Shown: positions 38,975 to 52,445 of the stretch, in pieces
How the letters are laid out: each line of letters opens with the position of its first letter
How positions within the stretch are numbered: position 1 is the stretch's first letter
Origin: Chiloscyllium plagiosum
Taxonomy: Eukaryota
Assembly (NCBI RefSeq): GCF_004010195.1
Contig: NC_057755.1
Span: 9,527,306 to 9,591,305 of the forward strand
DNA: 64,000 nt
Direction of reading: 5' to 3'
Position numbers and translations under genes: made by a program
Notes under the pieces: generated by a model
The model's database searches: none
Seen by the model: only the letters and a program-made list of their open reading frames with translations
Told to the model about the DNA's origin: nothing

Positions 38975-39190
38975 AAAGCAAGGATGTAGGTTTGCTCGCT
39001 GAGCTGTAGGTTTGTTATCCAGACGTTTCATTACCTGTCGAGGTAACATAATCAGTGGCGACCTCCAAGTGAAGCGAAGCGTTCTATTTATATCTTTCTC
39101 CTGGATGGGGTTCCTGGGGTTTGTGGTGATGTCATTTCCTCTTCCTTTTCTGAGGGGTTGATAGATGGCATCCAGATCTATGTGAAAGCA
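38975..39190 (-). mobile_element. Penelope-like 3' terminal fragment
   Basis: HIDLDAIYQPL C-terminal motif in ORF 38861..39214, followed by a hammerhead-bearing terminal repeat. Confidence 0.65.
39019..39058 (-). ncRNA. Minimal hammerhead ribozyme motif with one core mismatch
   Basis: cca-CUGAUUA-u-GUUACCU cgac AGGUAAU-GAAA-CG-UC-ugg: helix I cca/ugg, 7-bp helix II, palindromic ACGU; U in place of G8. Confidence 0.6.
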
Positions 39191-39319
39191 ATATGAGACT
39201 TCAAAATTCACCACAGCCTACAATGATGTAGGTGAATGCAAACCTGAGGTGTAGTTCCAGTGCACAGGAGGTTAAGAATAAGGAAGGTATGGGCAGTATT
39301 TCAAGGTCGCAGAAATATG

Positions 39320-42128
39320 CTGGCAGACGGCAGCATATTGAAGTATGTCTACTTCAATGCCAGAAGTATCCGAAATAAGGTAGGTGAGCTTGCAGCATGG
39401 ATAGGTACCTCGGAATTTGAGTAGTGGCCATTTAGGAGACTTGGATAGAGAAGGGTCAGGAATGGACGTTATAGGTTCCAGGGTTTAGATCTTTCATTAA
39501 GAACAGGGAAGGTGGTAAAAGAGGGGGACGTGTGTCCTTGTTTCTCAAGGACAGTATAACGGTGGCTGAAAGAAACTTTGACGAGGACTCGACTACTGAG
39601 GTAGCATGGAATGAGTTTAGAAACAGGCGAGTAGAGGTCACACTGCTGGGACTTCTGGTATTCCTCTACAGAGTTCCAGGGACGTGGAGGAGAGGATCGA
39701 CAAAACGATTCTTGGTCGGAGTGAAAGGAACAGGGTGGTCATTATGGGGGACTTCACATTCACGAACATCGACTCTAAATGCTCTAACTCGAGTACAGCG
39801 AAGGGATCGGTTTTGTGTCCAATGTGTACAGGAGGTTTTTCTAACACAGCATTTCGAAGGGCCACCAAGAGGGGATGCCACACTGGATCTAGTGCTTGGT
39901 AATGAACCTGACCAGGTGTTTGATTTAGTGGTAGGTGAGCACTTTTACAAGAATGACCATAATTATGTCATGTTTAGTTTAGCAATGGAAAGGGATAGGT
40001 ACATGCCACAGGGCAAGTGTTATAGATGGGGGAAGGACAATTATAATGCGATTAGGCAAGCCTTAGGATGCATAGAATGAGGTATCAAAATGCAGGGAAT
40101 GGGGACGATCGAAATGTGGAAATTTCAGACAGGGGGGGCGTGATAATGTAAGGGAACCGTGGTTGATTAAAGAAATTGCATCTCTTGTTAAGCGGATGAT
40201 AGGGGCTTATGTGGCGATGAGATGTGATGGCTCACATGTGGTGATGGAGAGTTACAGATTAGCTAGGAAGGATTTAAGGAGAGAATTAAGAAGAGTAAAA
40301 AGAAGACACGAACAGTCTTTAACAGGTCGAATAAAGGAGAACCCTAAAGCTTTATATAGTTATGTCAGGGATAAATGAATGATGAGGGTTGGAGTAGACG
40401 TAGTCAAAGGCAGAAGTGGGAAGTTGTGTCAAGACTCTGTGGAGATTGGAGAGATGCTAAACAAATATTTCTCATCTGTTTTCACTCAGGAAGAGGAGAA
40501 TATCGTAGAGAAGAAGAATGAGACACGAGATATTAGACTAGAAATGATCGAGGTTCGTCAGAAATAGTTGTTATCAATTCTAGAAAGAGTGAAAGTAGAC
40601 AAGTCCCCTGGGCTGTATGGGATTTATCCGTGTATTCTCTGCGAAGCTAGGAAGGAGGTCTGGAGACTTTGGCTTTAATTTTCGAGTGGTCATTGTCTAC
40701 AGGTTTAGTACCAGAGGACTGAAGGATTGCATTTGTCGTGCACTTGTTCAAGAAGGGCAGTAGAGATGACTCAGATAATTATAGACCAGTGAGCCTTACT
40801 TCTGTTGTAGGAAAACTGCTGGAAAGGATTATAAGAAATAGAATTTATAATCATCTGGCAAGCAGAAATTGATTGCAGATAGACAACCTTGTTCGGTCAA
40901 GGGCAAGTCTTCTCTCACAAAAGTCAATGGGTTTTTTGAGAAGGTCACCAAGCATGTGGATGAGGGTATGACAGTTCAAGTGGACTTCAGCAAAGCCTTT
41001 GATAAGAGTCCATACGGTAGGCTGTTGGATAAAATATATGGGATTGAGGGTGATTTAGAAGTTTGGATTAGAAATTGGCTCTGTATAAGAGGGCAGCGAG
41101 TGGTGATTGTTGGAAAGTCTTCAACCTTTTTTTTTTGGTTACTAATGGTTTGCCACAAGGATCTGTTTTGGGACCACTGCTGGTTGTCAATTTACAAAAT
41201 GAATTGGACTCAGGCATAGATAGATGGGTGAGTAAGTTTGCAGATGACATTAAAGTCGGTGGAGTGCTGGACAGTGTGGAAGAATGTTGCACGGAGAACT
41301 TGAAAAACGGCAGAATTAGGCTGAGAGATGGCAAATGTAGTTCAATGCAGATAAACGTGAGGTAATTCACTTTGTGAAGAATAACACAAAAGCAAAATAC
41401 TGAGTCAGTGGAAAGACTCTTGGTAATGTGGATGTGCAGAGAGATCTTGGAGTCCATGTATATAGACACATGAAAGTTGCCACTGAGGCTGATAGTGCTG
41501 TTAAGAAGACATACATTCTGTTTGGTTTTATTGGTAGAGGACTTGAGTTCCGGAGCCGTAATGTCATGATCCAACCATACAAAACTCTAGTGCGACCGCG
41601 TTTGGGATATTATATACATTTCTGGTGGCCCAATTACAGGAACGATGTCGAAGCATTGGAAAAGGTGCAAAGGTGATTTACCAGGACGTTGTCTGATCTG
41701 GAGTGAAGGTCTTGTGTGGAAAGTCTGAGAGACTTTGATCTCTTCTCATTGGAAAGAAGAAGGCTAAGAAGGGATTTGGTAGAGACAGACAAGATCAGAA
41801 GATTTTATAAGGTAGATAGTGAAAGTCGCTTCCCTCGGATGATGACGTCAGCTTGTACGCGGGAGCACAGCTACAAATTGAGGGGTGATGGATTTAACAC
41901 AGATGTCAGAGACAGGTTCTTTACTCAGAGAGTGCTAAGGGCGTGGAATGCCTTGCCAGCCAATGTAGTTAACGCAGCCACATTAGGGAGATTTAAGCAA
42001 TCCTTGGAAAAGCACATGGATGTTGTTGAGATAATGTAGGGGGATGGGCTTAGACTGGATCACAGGTCGGATCAACACTGAGGATCGAAGGGCCTGTTCT
42101 GCATCTGTATTTTTCTATGGTCGATGTT
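39320..42128 (+). mobile_element. CR1 LINE, near-complete degenerate ORF2 and 3' UTR
   Basis: YFNARSIRNK, IMGDFTF, LDLVLGNEP, DFSKAFDK, GLPQGSVLGPLL, KFADDIK, FTQRVLRAWNALP. Confidence 0.93.
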
Positions 42129-42769
42129 TTATACTGATTGATTTTATGCTGGCAGACATAATACTATGAATGAGCACATCTTCTGGAAGAAGATAAAATA
42201 AGGCTTTCTTGTACAGTTAACTTGAAACAAGCAGTCTGGAAAAATTGTCATCTATTGAGGAAGTTGGAATAGCAGGACGATGGATTTCAAATAATCTTTC
42301 CGAGAACAAACTGTCAGGAGTAATTCAAAATGAGTGGTAGTTAACGGGGTTGCTTGTGAAGCTCGAAGTTTACAAAGTAAACTCAATAAAAATAAAAAGG
42401 GACCACAATTATAACATTTTTGATTATAAAATGTCAAATGAGCAAGACCAAATTTATTATATTTGATACATTTCATGGATGTATTGATGATACTGCTGAA
42501 AGGCAATCAAATACAATTTGCTTGCATTTACAAAAAATGGCATTCTGTATGCTGCAACACTAAACATTAATCAACAGACAAGCACTCAGGGATTTGGAGA
42601 TAATTTCGTCGCACTTACAAAAGTGTGTTTAATAGACAGGGAATTAACTCCTCCAATAAGCTGAGCATTTTAAATCGGTAAGTAATAATTTTCTAGTTTT
42701 GCAAGTTCTCAGTTGCATGCAAACTATATTAATCGCTAAGTTGAAGAAGCAAACAATGATGCATCTAGA

Positions 42770-43160
42770 TTTGAACATAGAACAGCACAGTGCAGGAACT
42801 GGCAGTTCGGCTCACGATATTCTACCGAACATGAGGCCAAATTATTCTAAGCTCTCTCTATATCCTTGTTTCATAGCTCTCAACATCTTGCATGTTCATA
42901 TCCTAATTTAAAAATCTCCTTAAAACCCAACCGCCACACTGGAAGCACTTTCCACACTCTGACCATTCTCTGTGCAAAATAGTTTCCCTCAAGTCTCTTT
43001 TGAACTTTTCCCCTCACTTCAGTTGCATGTCCTGCTGTATTAAACATTTCAACTATTTGAAAAATAATTTTGTCTGTCAACACTATCTATGCATCTCAGA
43101 TTTTTTCAGACTTCTATCAAGTCTCCCCTCAACCTCCGCCGCTCCAGTGAAACCAACATG
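42770..43160 (-). mobile_element. CR1 LINE 3' fragment
   Basis: GNYFAQRMVRVWKVLP on the minus strand; gaacatagaac tail. Confidence 0.7.
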
Positions 43161-45354
43161 ACTTTTTTTTTTCCTTGTCTCCCCTTTCTTTTCACAGTTC
43201 CTGCCAAAACTGATGAGCTTCTCAACCAATTCCTGATTTTGCTAAAGTAATTGAAGTGTTAGATTTGGAATGAAATGAAGTTGAAATGGACTAGATCAGA
43301 GATGATATAAGCGCCCCATCAAAATACATTATGAAGATAGTGTTAATTCTAACATATTCTAATTTTCAAAGTAAGTACATGGAACAGTGTACTAGAAGCA
43401 ATTTAATTGTTCGTACTACTCGGAAATAAGCAAAGTACTCTGTACTTTTACATTGCAGATAAAATACAGACAACATAAAAAAAAAGAATTGGCTTAACCG
43501 TAACGCAAATTAAATGCTTAGCTAAATAATAGATACATTAACTATCGCTAACTAACTGTTCCAATTTCATTCCATCCCAAATCACATCCTTGGCCGCGAC
43601 AAACTTATGCTGACTTCTCGGAGAGGAAGAGAAACCCATGATTTTGTAGCAACAGCCAGAGTAATAAGTGCTTCCTCTTCGAATGACAAGATCACAGCGG
43701 CAACTGTAACTCCAGGCTAAAGCTGAACAACAAAATCGTCGCTCTGTGTGTGCTTTTTCTGCCTTCCGATTCATGTTGCTTTGATTGTGACAACTTACAA
43801 ACAAGCCTCACAAACTGTGTACTTTATTAGCTTTGGAGCAGACTGCCCGACTGCTGAAGATTTCTTCATTAAAAAAAACAGCATACATCTCTTAAAGGCA
43901 TTGTATTATCAGGCCACTGTAACACTTAAATGAGACATATTAGCTTTCCATGACCTGCAGCGTAGCTGAGCGTTGATGAACATTGAAATTGCTCAAACTA
44001 TAAACCGCCTGCAGCAGGAGAAAATTCTCAGCAAGATGCCTACTAAGTGCTGACAGTTTGGGGAGACAAAATTTCTGCCCATTCTTTTGTAAACATCATG
44101 GGCTCAGATGAAAGTTCTTCTTTTAGCCGGAGTGATTTTCCACATCTGCCAGTCAATCGTTCTCTAATATAGAGTGGGAAATTGGGAAATCAGAGTTTTG
44201 CCTTTTTTTAACTGTGGAAAATATGAAATCTTCAGATGGAGTCTATTTTTGTTAACTATTTAATCGAACGCTATCACTAACTATTAGAAGAAGAGAATGC
44301 AACAGGGGACGACAGTCCCAATTGTAAAAAGACAGAATTATTTAACGTTTAAAGAAATGCTGAGAAAATATAATGTTGCAAAAAAAGTGAAATATTGCAT
44401 GTATTTAATAGATAAATTAATGACTGAATTTACGATATTATTGGTTCGTGCATAAATTTGCATAGTATATTGTACTCATTTCAGTTTGTAGATAGGTATG
44501 GATAGGCGTTTGCGCTCTTTTTGCTGGCAATTTGTACATATGAATAGAATTTCATTCCATGTAGGATTTGGTTATATGGTTGTGTGTTAAAGGTGCATAG
44601 TTAGAACATAGAACACAGAAAATAGAACATCGAACAGTAAAACACATTACAGACCGTTTTGCCCTCGATATTTGACCGATGTTTTGTCCAACACTAAGAT
44701 CCAACTAACTAAGGTACCACACATTTGACTATCATCCATGTGCCGATCCAGGAGTTGCTTAAATGTCCCTAATGCATCTGCCTATACAACTACTGCTGGA
44801 AGTGCCTCCTTTGAAGCCAGAAATCTCTGCATAAAAAAAAAACCTTAGCCATTTACTCTGGAAATCCATCACTCACACTGGTGGTCACTCATTGCTGCTA
44901 TCCTGCAAATCCGATTGGTGTGGTCGCGTTGATCATTATGAAATTATTTTCACTGATATTAAATATTGGAATGTAGCTTCACCTATATAGCCTTGATCAT
45001 ATGTACCTGCTTAAGATCCCTCATTCCCGCAGTATAGCCGAGAGATCGAACAAAGCACATTTATTCACTAACTGATCATTAAAAGCATTCTGTTTAGTGG
45101 CGTGGAATCTTCCACGTCCCCGACTAGATGATTTGGATAACTAAACACTCGAAAATGTTCCATTATTCCTACGTTATATCAATAAGATATGCAACATCAT
45201 GTATAAAAAGATATTACATTTAACTGAATAATGTTCAGGTTCTTTATTGAAGCATTCAGGATTCCAATACGGAAATTAAAATTTTGGACAGTTACTTCTC
45301 CACAACATAATTTTCACAGACACAAAGGGATAGAGATAATGATACATTTTTTCA

Positions 45355-46265
45355 CTACTCCTTTCGATTTACTAATATCAGAGTACAAGACCAACGAGAT
45401 GTCAACACTTTCTTCAGCTCTTGCCTGAATTTCCGTTGTGTTGTTGCATAAATACACACATTTGTACACGAACTCAAATGCAGGAGCATGTAACCTGTTT
45501 GAGTGGCAATATAAGCAGGAGCTGTATGATCACCTCGATAATGTGCAGTGCTTGTTATCTTTGAAGATAAAAAGCTCACTGCTGATGTCACCCACAGAAG
45601 GATAAAGCTGCCCGATATAGTGAACAGCAAAATTATGGACTTCCTTCTACTCTTCATCTCTGGGTCTCTTTGAGTCTCAATATTGCATCCTCGGATTGCC
45701 CTGCGAGCTCTATTGGCAACTAAAATACGTCGGACGGTCAAGCAATTGCACATAAATATGAAACAAAATGGAAGACAAACAACAAAAATACTTTGCAACC
45801 ACGAGAATGCTGTACCTGCAGGAGAAGTGAAGAATTTCAACTTGGTGCGACAACCCCATTGCAGTTGATCAATTAGTTGTTCCGCTTCATATGCAAACAA
45901 ATACGGTATATTTTCTAGGCAAACCAGGGCAATGGTGACCATTATAACTGCAGTTGCTGTACTCAGTCTGCAGTACTTTGTTTTCAGTTTCTCACAACAT
46001 ATCGCGACATACCTATCAAATGTGAAAAAGACTGTGAACCACACTGTCAGAAACACGTTGACTGAGCTCATGTAGATAATAAATGTACAAACGCCAGTAT
46101 GGGACAAGAAGGAATGTTTCAAGTGAAAACTGAATATTTGATGCACAGTTACGTTAAAGGTCAGAACCAGAAAATCTGCAGTTGCCATGGCCACCATGTA
46201 TGCAGAAGTACAAGCAGATAGGCAGCAGTTTCCCCTCGAGAGAATTACAATTGTCACCAGGTTTG
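45355..46265 (-). CDS. GPR139/GPR142-like GPCR, locus 4, coding exon 2
   Basis: Intact frame ANLVTIVILSRGNCCLS...AMATADFL...TFDRYVAICC...DPEMKSRRKSIILLF...TNVCIY...stop; acceptor tttacag|CAAAC. Joins with exon 48554..48623 to give 326 aa. Confidence 0.92.
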
Positions 46266-46447
46266 CTGTAAATCAAAGAGAAAAAAAAAATAGTTAACGA
46301 ATGGATTCACTCAGATACATTTGGGAACTTTATTATGGGATAAGAAAGCACAAATGTTCTGAATATACAAACTAAAAAGTTGGCTTACTTTCAGCATCCG
46401 AGTAAAGTGCTTTCAACCATTGCTTCGAACAAAATACAGGAAGTTGT

Positions 46448-46722
46448 GGCGGCATGGCGGCTGAGTGGTTAGCACTGCTATCTCACAGCAGCAGGTCCCA
46501 GGTTCGATTCGAGCCTTGGGCGACTGTCTGTGTGGAGTTTGCACATTCTCCACATGTCTGCGTGGGTTTCATCCAGGTGCTCCGGTTTCCTCCCACAATC
46601 ACAAAGTTGTGAAGGTCAGGTAAATTGGCCATGTGTCAGGTACATTAGTCAGAGCGAAATAGGTCTGGGTCGGTTAATCTTCCCAGGGTCAGTGTGGAGT
46701 GGTTGTAGGGAATCTAATCTAA
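46448..46722 (+). mobile_element. HE1-type SINE in the locus 4 intron
   Basis: tggcggctgagtggttagcactgc...ggttcgattc, V domain, (aatct)n tail. Confidence 0.85.
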
Positions 46723-47819
46723 TCGTATCAGCCATGATACAAAGGCAGATGTAGCTAAAATTCCGAAGTCTGTTCTTATATCGTCTCGTCTTGTCTTCCA
46801 TCTGGTCCTGCATTCCCCATGGAATTGTTGTGACACACAACCAGCATCTTTACCTGGTCACTGAAATACCTCCGCAGAGGTGGATAGCCAATCAGCAATT
46901 GACACCTCAGTTGCACATGGAGAGCTGTTGTAACTCATTCAGCTCCCTTACAGTCAGCACTCTGGGTGAACAGGATATCTCTCACTCCAGTTCTTATACG
47001 TCAGTCGGCGCCCGATAGTTGGACCAGATTAACAACATCAATCAAGGACCTCATATTATATCAGTTAAAACTGACTGACCTTGTTATGTACACAAGATCA
47101 CCCCACCCAAATATAAGGACTTACGAAGTTTATTTTTGTAATTCATCGTAGTGCGTTTTAGACACGGGTGCTGTGGAAGGCAGAGCAGTTTCTTCTTGCG
47201 CCTGGAACATCTTGGAACAAAATCATTCAGTTCTTCAGGAAGCAAATGTATCGACGTAATGGCATTTGCGCTGTACATCACAGATTCTGAGTTATCGCCA
47301 ACACATGATGGAGAGAGAGAACCTGTCATTTTCAAATTCATAACAAGGTCTCTCAAGGAACCGTGCTCGTTTTTTCTCCAGCAACATTTACAAGATTGCA
47401 CTTTTCATATGGTCAATGTAAAGCCTACATAAACTCTGGATCTGACCTCTCATCCACCAAGCAGGTCCATTCCCGTGGTTCCTACACCAAACTTTGCCCT
47501 CTGAAGTAAACTGCTCTTTCACATAGCGGAATCTTTTGTCTGGCATTCGCATTACTTATGCAATTTCACTTTACCCCAACATACCTCCGCTCCCCACGCC
47601 CATCAGGCGGAGGAAAGTCAATTTAAACCTCGTGTGGAATCTTCTTTGGATTGACGACTCTGGTGGAGCTATAGTGGCAGTTGCCTGAGGGGTGATCCCC
47701 TAATCAAATAGGAATCAGGACATTTTGTTATCTAGTAAAGCTGTAACGTATAGCATGAGATATTATGTTCATTTATTGGTTCATCAGAAGATCGTGAAGC
47801 CATTAAAAAGATGCGGTTC

Positions 47820-48425
47820 GAGAGCATAAGAAATCAGAGCAGTAGCAAGGTATTCAGTCACCACCCACCCCTCAAGCCTGCTCTGCTATTTAATTCATTC
47901 AAGGCTGATCTCATCTCAACCTCAACTCCATTTTCCTACACTTTCTCCATAACCGTTCAACACATCACTCGACAACAAAAATTCTGTCTCCATCTTAAAT
48001 TTGACCAATGTCTCGACATTCAACTCAAACGGGCTTGTGGAGGGTGCAGATGCATGATGCTTTGAGAAAAGTAGTTTCTCCTCAGTTAAAAGCGAAATCT
48101 CATACCTATTTTTCATTAAATAAAGGAACGCCTGATGAGTACCCCAGATGAGAATTGAGGGCGGAGATAAGAAAGTAAATCTTCACCCAGTCAGAGGTGA
48201 GCCTATGGAATACTCTGCCACAGCAAGAAGATGAGAAAAAATCATTCAACATCTTCGAGAAGCAGACAGATATAGTTCTGAGCACAAAATGGAAAAAAAA
48301 AGGTAAGGGGGAGAAAGTGAAAGCAGGGTACTTAGTTGCATGAGCAACCATGATCATATTCAACGGTGAAGCAGACTCAAAGAGCCGAATGGCCTCTTCT
48401 TGCATCTAATATCTGTGTTTCTATG
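47820..48425. mobile_element. Two CR1 3' fragments in opposite orientations (about 47820..48100 minus, 48120..48425 plus)
   Basis: ttcacccagtcagaggtgagcctatggaat and a CR1-type 3' UTR on each strand. Confidence 0.55.
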
Positions 48426-48553
48426 GACTGTATATCTGTTCACTGATCACATTATCAGAGTTGCTACGCTAGTGACAACAGGGTGAGACACATTCCCTTC
48501 TGTTCTGTAACAATTCGGTGATTGTATCAAGCCACAATATATAACAGACTTAC

Positions 48554-48623
48554 CAGGAATGCCAAAGGCTGCCAGCATCGGGTAGTAAATTATCTTTACT
48601 TGTCGAATCACAGGCTGAAACAT
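48554..48623 (-). CDS. GPR139/GPR142-like GPCR, locus 4, coding exon 1 (70 nt)
   Basis: Reverse complement encodes MFQPVIRQVKIIYYPMLAAFGIP plus G|GTAAGT; same length and phase as locus 3 exon 1. Confidence 0.9.
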
Positions 48624-48900
48624 TTTCAGAAGAATGTCTGAAATCTATCCAGCCTGATGGCTTCATTGCCTGAGCATACCGAATGCTCCCTACTTATAGA
48701 ACGACGTGTGCCTGGTTGAGCATATAATAAACAGATTGGAATATTACCATAATTACTTACGTTCACTGAAGAGATTATCACTGCTCCATTTCACCGCTAC
48801 CTTGTCCATATGGAGATGCCACAGCTGAGTAGCAGATACACATGCCATTAAAATGAACAAATGGAATTACATCACAGAACAAAATTAACTGGCACACTAC
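48624..48900 (-). promoter_or_regulatory. Putative promoter/5'UTR of locus 4 (TATAAG at 48693..48698)
   Basis: Shares gaagaatgtc, ttataga, gtccatRtggagatg, cagatac and acatcacagaac (plus-strand reading) with the locus 3 upstream region. Confidence 0.6.
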
Positions 48901-48984
48901 CAGAGGCACAGGGGGAAGAAATCATTGTTCTCTGCCATTACGTTGGCTGCATTTCTGATTGCAATTCAACAGAAACATAAAAGA

Positions 48985-49385
48985 ATGGAAGGTCACCTGC
49001 TTCAAGGATTCAGGATTTTTAAGGAAGGTTGACAGATTAACTGCTGAGAGTTGTTTATCCACCTGGGAGAATCTGGAAGCACAGGGCATAGACATGGGAT
49101 AAAGTGATTCCAATTTAACATTTAGATAAAGAGGGATTTCTTCTCTCAAAGAGTTGTGTGCGTTTGGAATTCCTTGATACAGAGAGTTGTAGGGGCAGGA
49201 CCCCTATCTATATTGAAGAATAATACCGATGGATTCTTGATCAGTTTGGGGAAGGAAGATTTTTGGGGACAGGGCAGTGTGGACGTGAGGAATGTCAGAT
49301 TAAATGTTCCTATTGAATGCTGTAGCTGGATAAAAGGGATGAATAGCTGACTGCAGATCCAATTTTATTTGGCTTTATGATCTTA
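48985..49385 (+). mobile_element. CR1 LINE 3' fragment
   Basis: FFSQRVVCVWNSLIQRVVGAG. Confidence 0.7.
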
Positions 49386-49849
49386 GACATAATGTTGAAT
49401 TGCTCCTTGCATTATTCTTGAAGTGTGTTTCCTTTTTCATTGCGACCATGTTCCTTTAGCATGACTAGTGCAGCATATGGCAGAGAGGTACTGATTATGA
49501 ATCATGACTATTTGTGACTGACAGCAACGAGAGTATTGTTTTGTCGTGTATTTGAGATGGTCGCATCTTGATCAGAAGGGAAGTGAATGGTGGTCGAAAA
49601 AGGGCAGAAACGTGGATTTCAGCAATATCAGAACAACCACGGTTTTGTCAAATGGTGGAACAGGCTCGAGGGGCCGAAGGATCGATGCTATCCTGTTCTT
49701 GAATTTCTGCAGCAATGACATGCAAAAGAAGAAAATTGGTTTGCTAATGTTAATTACTTTATTGAATGTGAAATATTTGAAAGGACAAACAATGCAAACA
49801 ATAGAACAGCAGAAAATGCTGAATCATGAAACACCTCGCAAGAGTCATC

Positions 49850-50995
49850 GTTATAGAGTCATAGAGATGTACAGCGCAGAAACAGACCTTTCAGTCCAGC
49901 TCATCCATGTCGACCAGAATTCCAAAACTAATCTAATTCCATTTGCCAGCAGTTAGCCCATTTAACTCTAAACTCTTTAGATTCACACAACCATTCCACA
50001 TGCCTTTTAAATATTGCAATTGTACCAGGCTCCACCACTCCCTCTGGCAGCTAATTCCATACAAGCACCACACTCTGCGTGAAAAATCTGCTCCTTAGGT
50101 CCCTTTTGTGTCTTTCCCTCTCACCTGAAGCCTATGCCCGCTAGTTCCAGACTCCGGCATCCCAGGAAAAAGATTCTGTCCATTTATCCTATCCACGCTC
50201 TTCATGGTTTTATAACCCTCTATGAGGTCACCCCTCAGACTTCGACAGTCCAGGGAAAACAGCCCCAGCCTATTCAGCCTCTCCCTACAGCTGAAATCCT
50301 CCAACCATGACGACATCCTGTTAAATCTTTCCTGAACACTTCCATGTTTCACAACATCCTTCTGATCAAAAGGAGACCAGAATTGCAAGAAATATTCCAA
50401 AAATGTTCTAACTAATGCCAGGTAGAGCCGCAATTTGACCTCCTAACTCCTATACTCAATGATCTTACCATTAAAAGAAAGCCTACTAAACGCCATCTTC
50501 ACTATCCTGCGACTCTTCTTTCAAGGAGCTATGAACCTGTGCTCCAAGGTTTCTTTTTTAACCAGGACTTTACCTTTAAGTATGTAAGTCCAGCTAAGAT
50601 TTGCAGTCTCAAAATGCAGCAGCTCAGATAAATCTAATTTTAACTCACCTGCCACATCTCTGTCCATTTGTCATTCTGATCACGATCCCGTTGCATTCAG
50701 AGGTAACCTTCTTCGCCGCCAATGTACCTCAAACATTGGTGCCATCTGCAAACTTACTAACCGTACCTCTTGCGTTCATATCTAAATAATTTAAGTAAAT
50801 GACGAAAAGTAGTGGAGTCAGACCGATCCTCATAGAACTCCACTGGTCACAGGCCTCTAGTCTGAAAAACACCTTCAACACCACCCACTGTCTTCTACCT
50901 TCGAGCCAGTCTGTATCCAAATGGCTCTTCTCCCTGTTTTCCTTGAGATATAAACTTGCTAATCACTCTCCCATGAGGAACCTTGTCGAACGAAT
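49850..50995 (-). mobile_element. CR1 LINE RT and 3' fragment
   Basis: VSKFADGT, LVRTFLEYFLQFWSP, LNRLGLFSL; catagag tail. Confidence 0.88.
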
Positions 50996-51879
50996 CAATC
51001 GAGTCTGGCGATCTTGAGACAAAAATTGCAAAGGTCAGGATGATTCAAGATATCTGCTTCCTACATGCATCCCGGCCTCGTTCCATTTCTGTTTGAAAAT
51101 ATCTGGTCTTTATAATATATCATTGAGGGCAATATGCAGCTTCCCCTTTGTATACAAATTCAGTTTCAGTTGTTCACGGCTAAGTATTTCTGATTGTTTG
51201 TGGGATTGAGAGGTAAAATTGGAAGAGCTTTGCTTAATAAACAATGACTAAGATCGAGATATCATGGAACTTGATGACAGAAAGTGAGCACACTGAGAGA
51301 GAATTATTGAGAAAAAGACATTTATCTGATACAGAGAGAATTCTGACAAACTGTGTCGGCAATGTTTGAGTTTTGCAATAATGAACTCAAAAAGAATTTG
51401 ATCGTAGAGTAGAAGTTTCCTTGTTTCAGCCCTGAATACATGAGTTTTAGAGTCTATTTACTTCATTCCATGCTCCATTCCAGTAATTGTACATTACTGA
51501 CAGTTCAGTATTATGAGTACATTTCAGAAACGATGTGCAAGATTGGTACTGCAATGTTTGTATTGTATGTTCAGGTAAAAAAGACGTAGTCCAGAGGATT
51601 GTTCCCAAATTAGAGATAGACAACTGGTCATGGTTTAATCTGATGGCTAAAGTATTTCAGGCAATTTAGGGCGATTGGCAATAAAAATCCTTCATGAGCC
51701 AGCAGGTTGCTTGGGAATTGAACCCGCACTACTTACATCACTCAGCATTGCTAAGCAACCAACTGAGCTGACTGGCCTCACACGTGGGTGGTACAGGCCA
51801 GCCTGTTTTCACTGGAGTTTAGAATAGTGATGGGAAATTGACTGAGTATTCAGAAATAAGAATCTGAATAATCTTGGAA

Positions 51880-52445
51880 ATAAAATTGCGATAGGAAACC
51901 TTACTGAAACCTACCAGATTCCTCATGAAATTGACAGGGTAGGCGTGGAAAGATTTCTGGAAAGGTTGTAAAAGTTGTTTCTGGATTCAAAACATTACCT
52001 TTGTTTTCTTTCCGTTATGCTGCTGGACTTGCTGAGTTTCCCCAATACTTGGTATTTTTAAAAGTATCAGATCTTCAGCATTGGAATTTTCTTGTTTTAT
52101 TTTAAATGTGGGAAGTCTGTTTCCCATTGTGGGACAGTCTCGGATCAGAAAACATCATCACATAATAAAAAGTCATCAACGTATAAAAGAGATTAAGAGT
52201 ATTTCCTTCCCTCAGAGGGTCGTGAACTATCGAATTCCTTATTGCAGAGGGCTCTTAATGCTGGGGTCTTATATGTACTAAAGTTTGAGATAGGCTGATT
52301 TTTAATCAGTGAAGGAATCAAGGGCAATTTGGAAAAGCCAGGAGAGCAGAGTTTAGGACTATCCTATCACCCATCATCACATTGACTGGCAGTGCAAACT
52401 CGCTTGGCTGAATGACGTCATTTTGCTTCTCTGATTTTAGTTCTT
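51880..52445 (+). mobile_element. CR1 LINE 3' fragment interrupted by a Penelope-like terminal piece
   Basis: LFPIVGQSRIRKH...FPQRVVN; tgctgctggacttgctgagtttccccaatac at about 52020. Confidence 0.55.
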
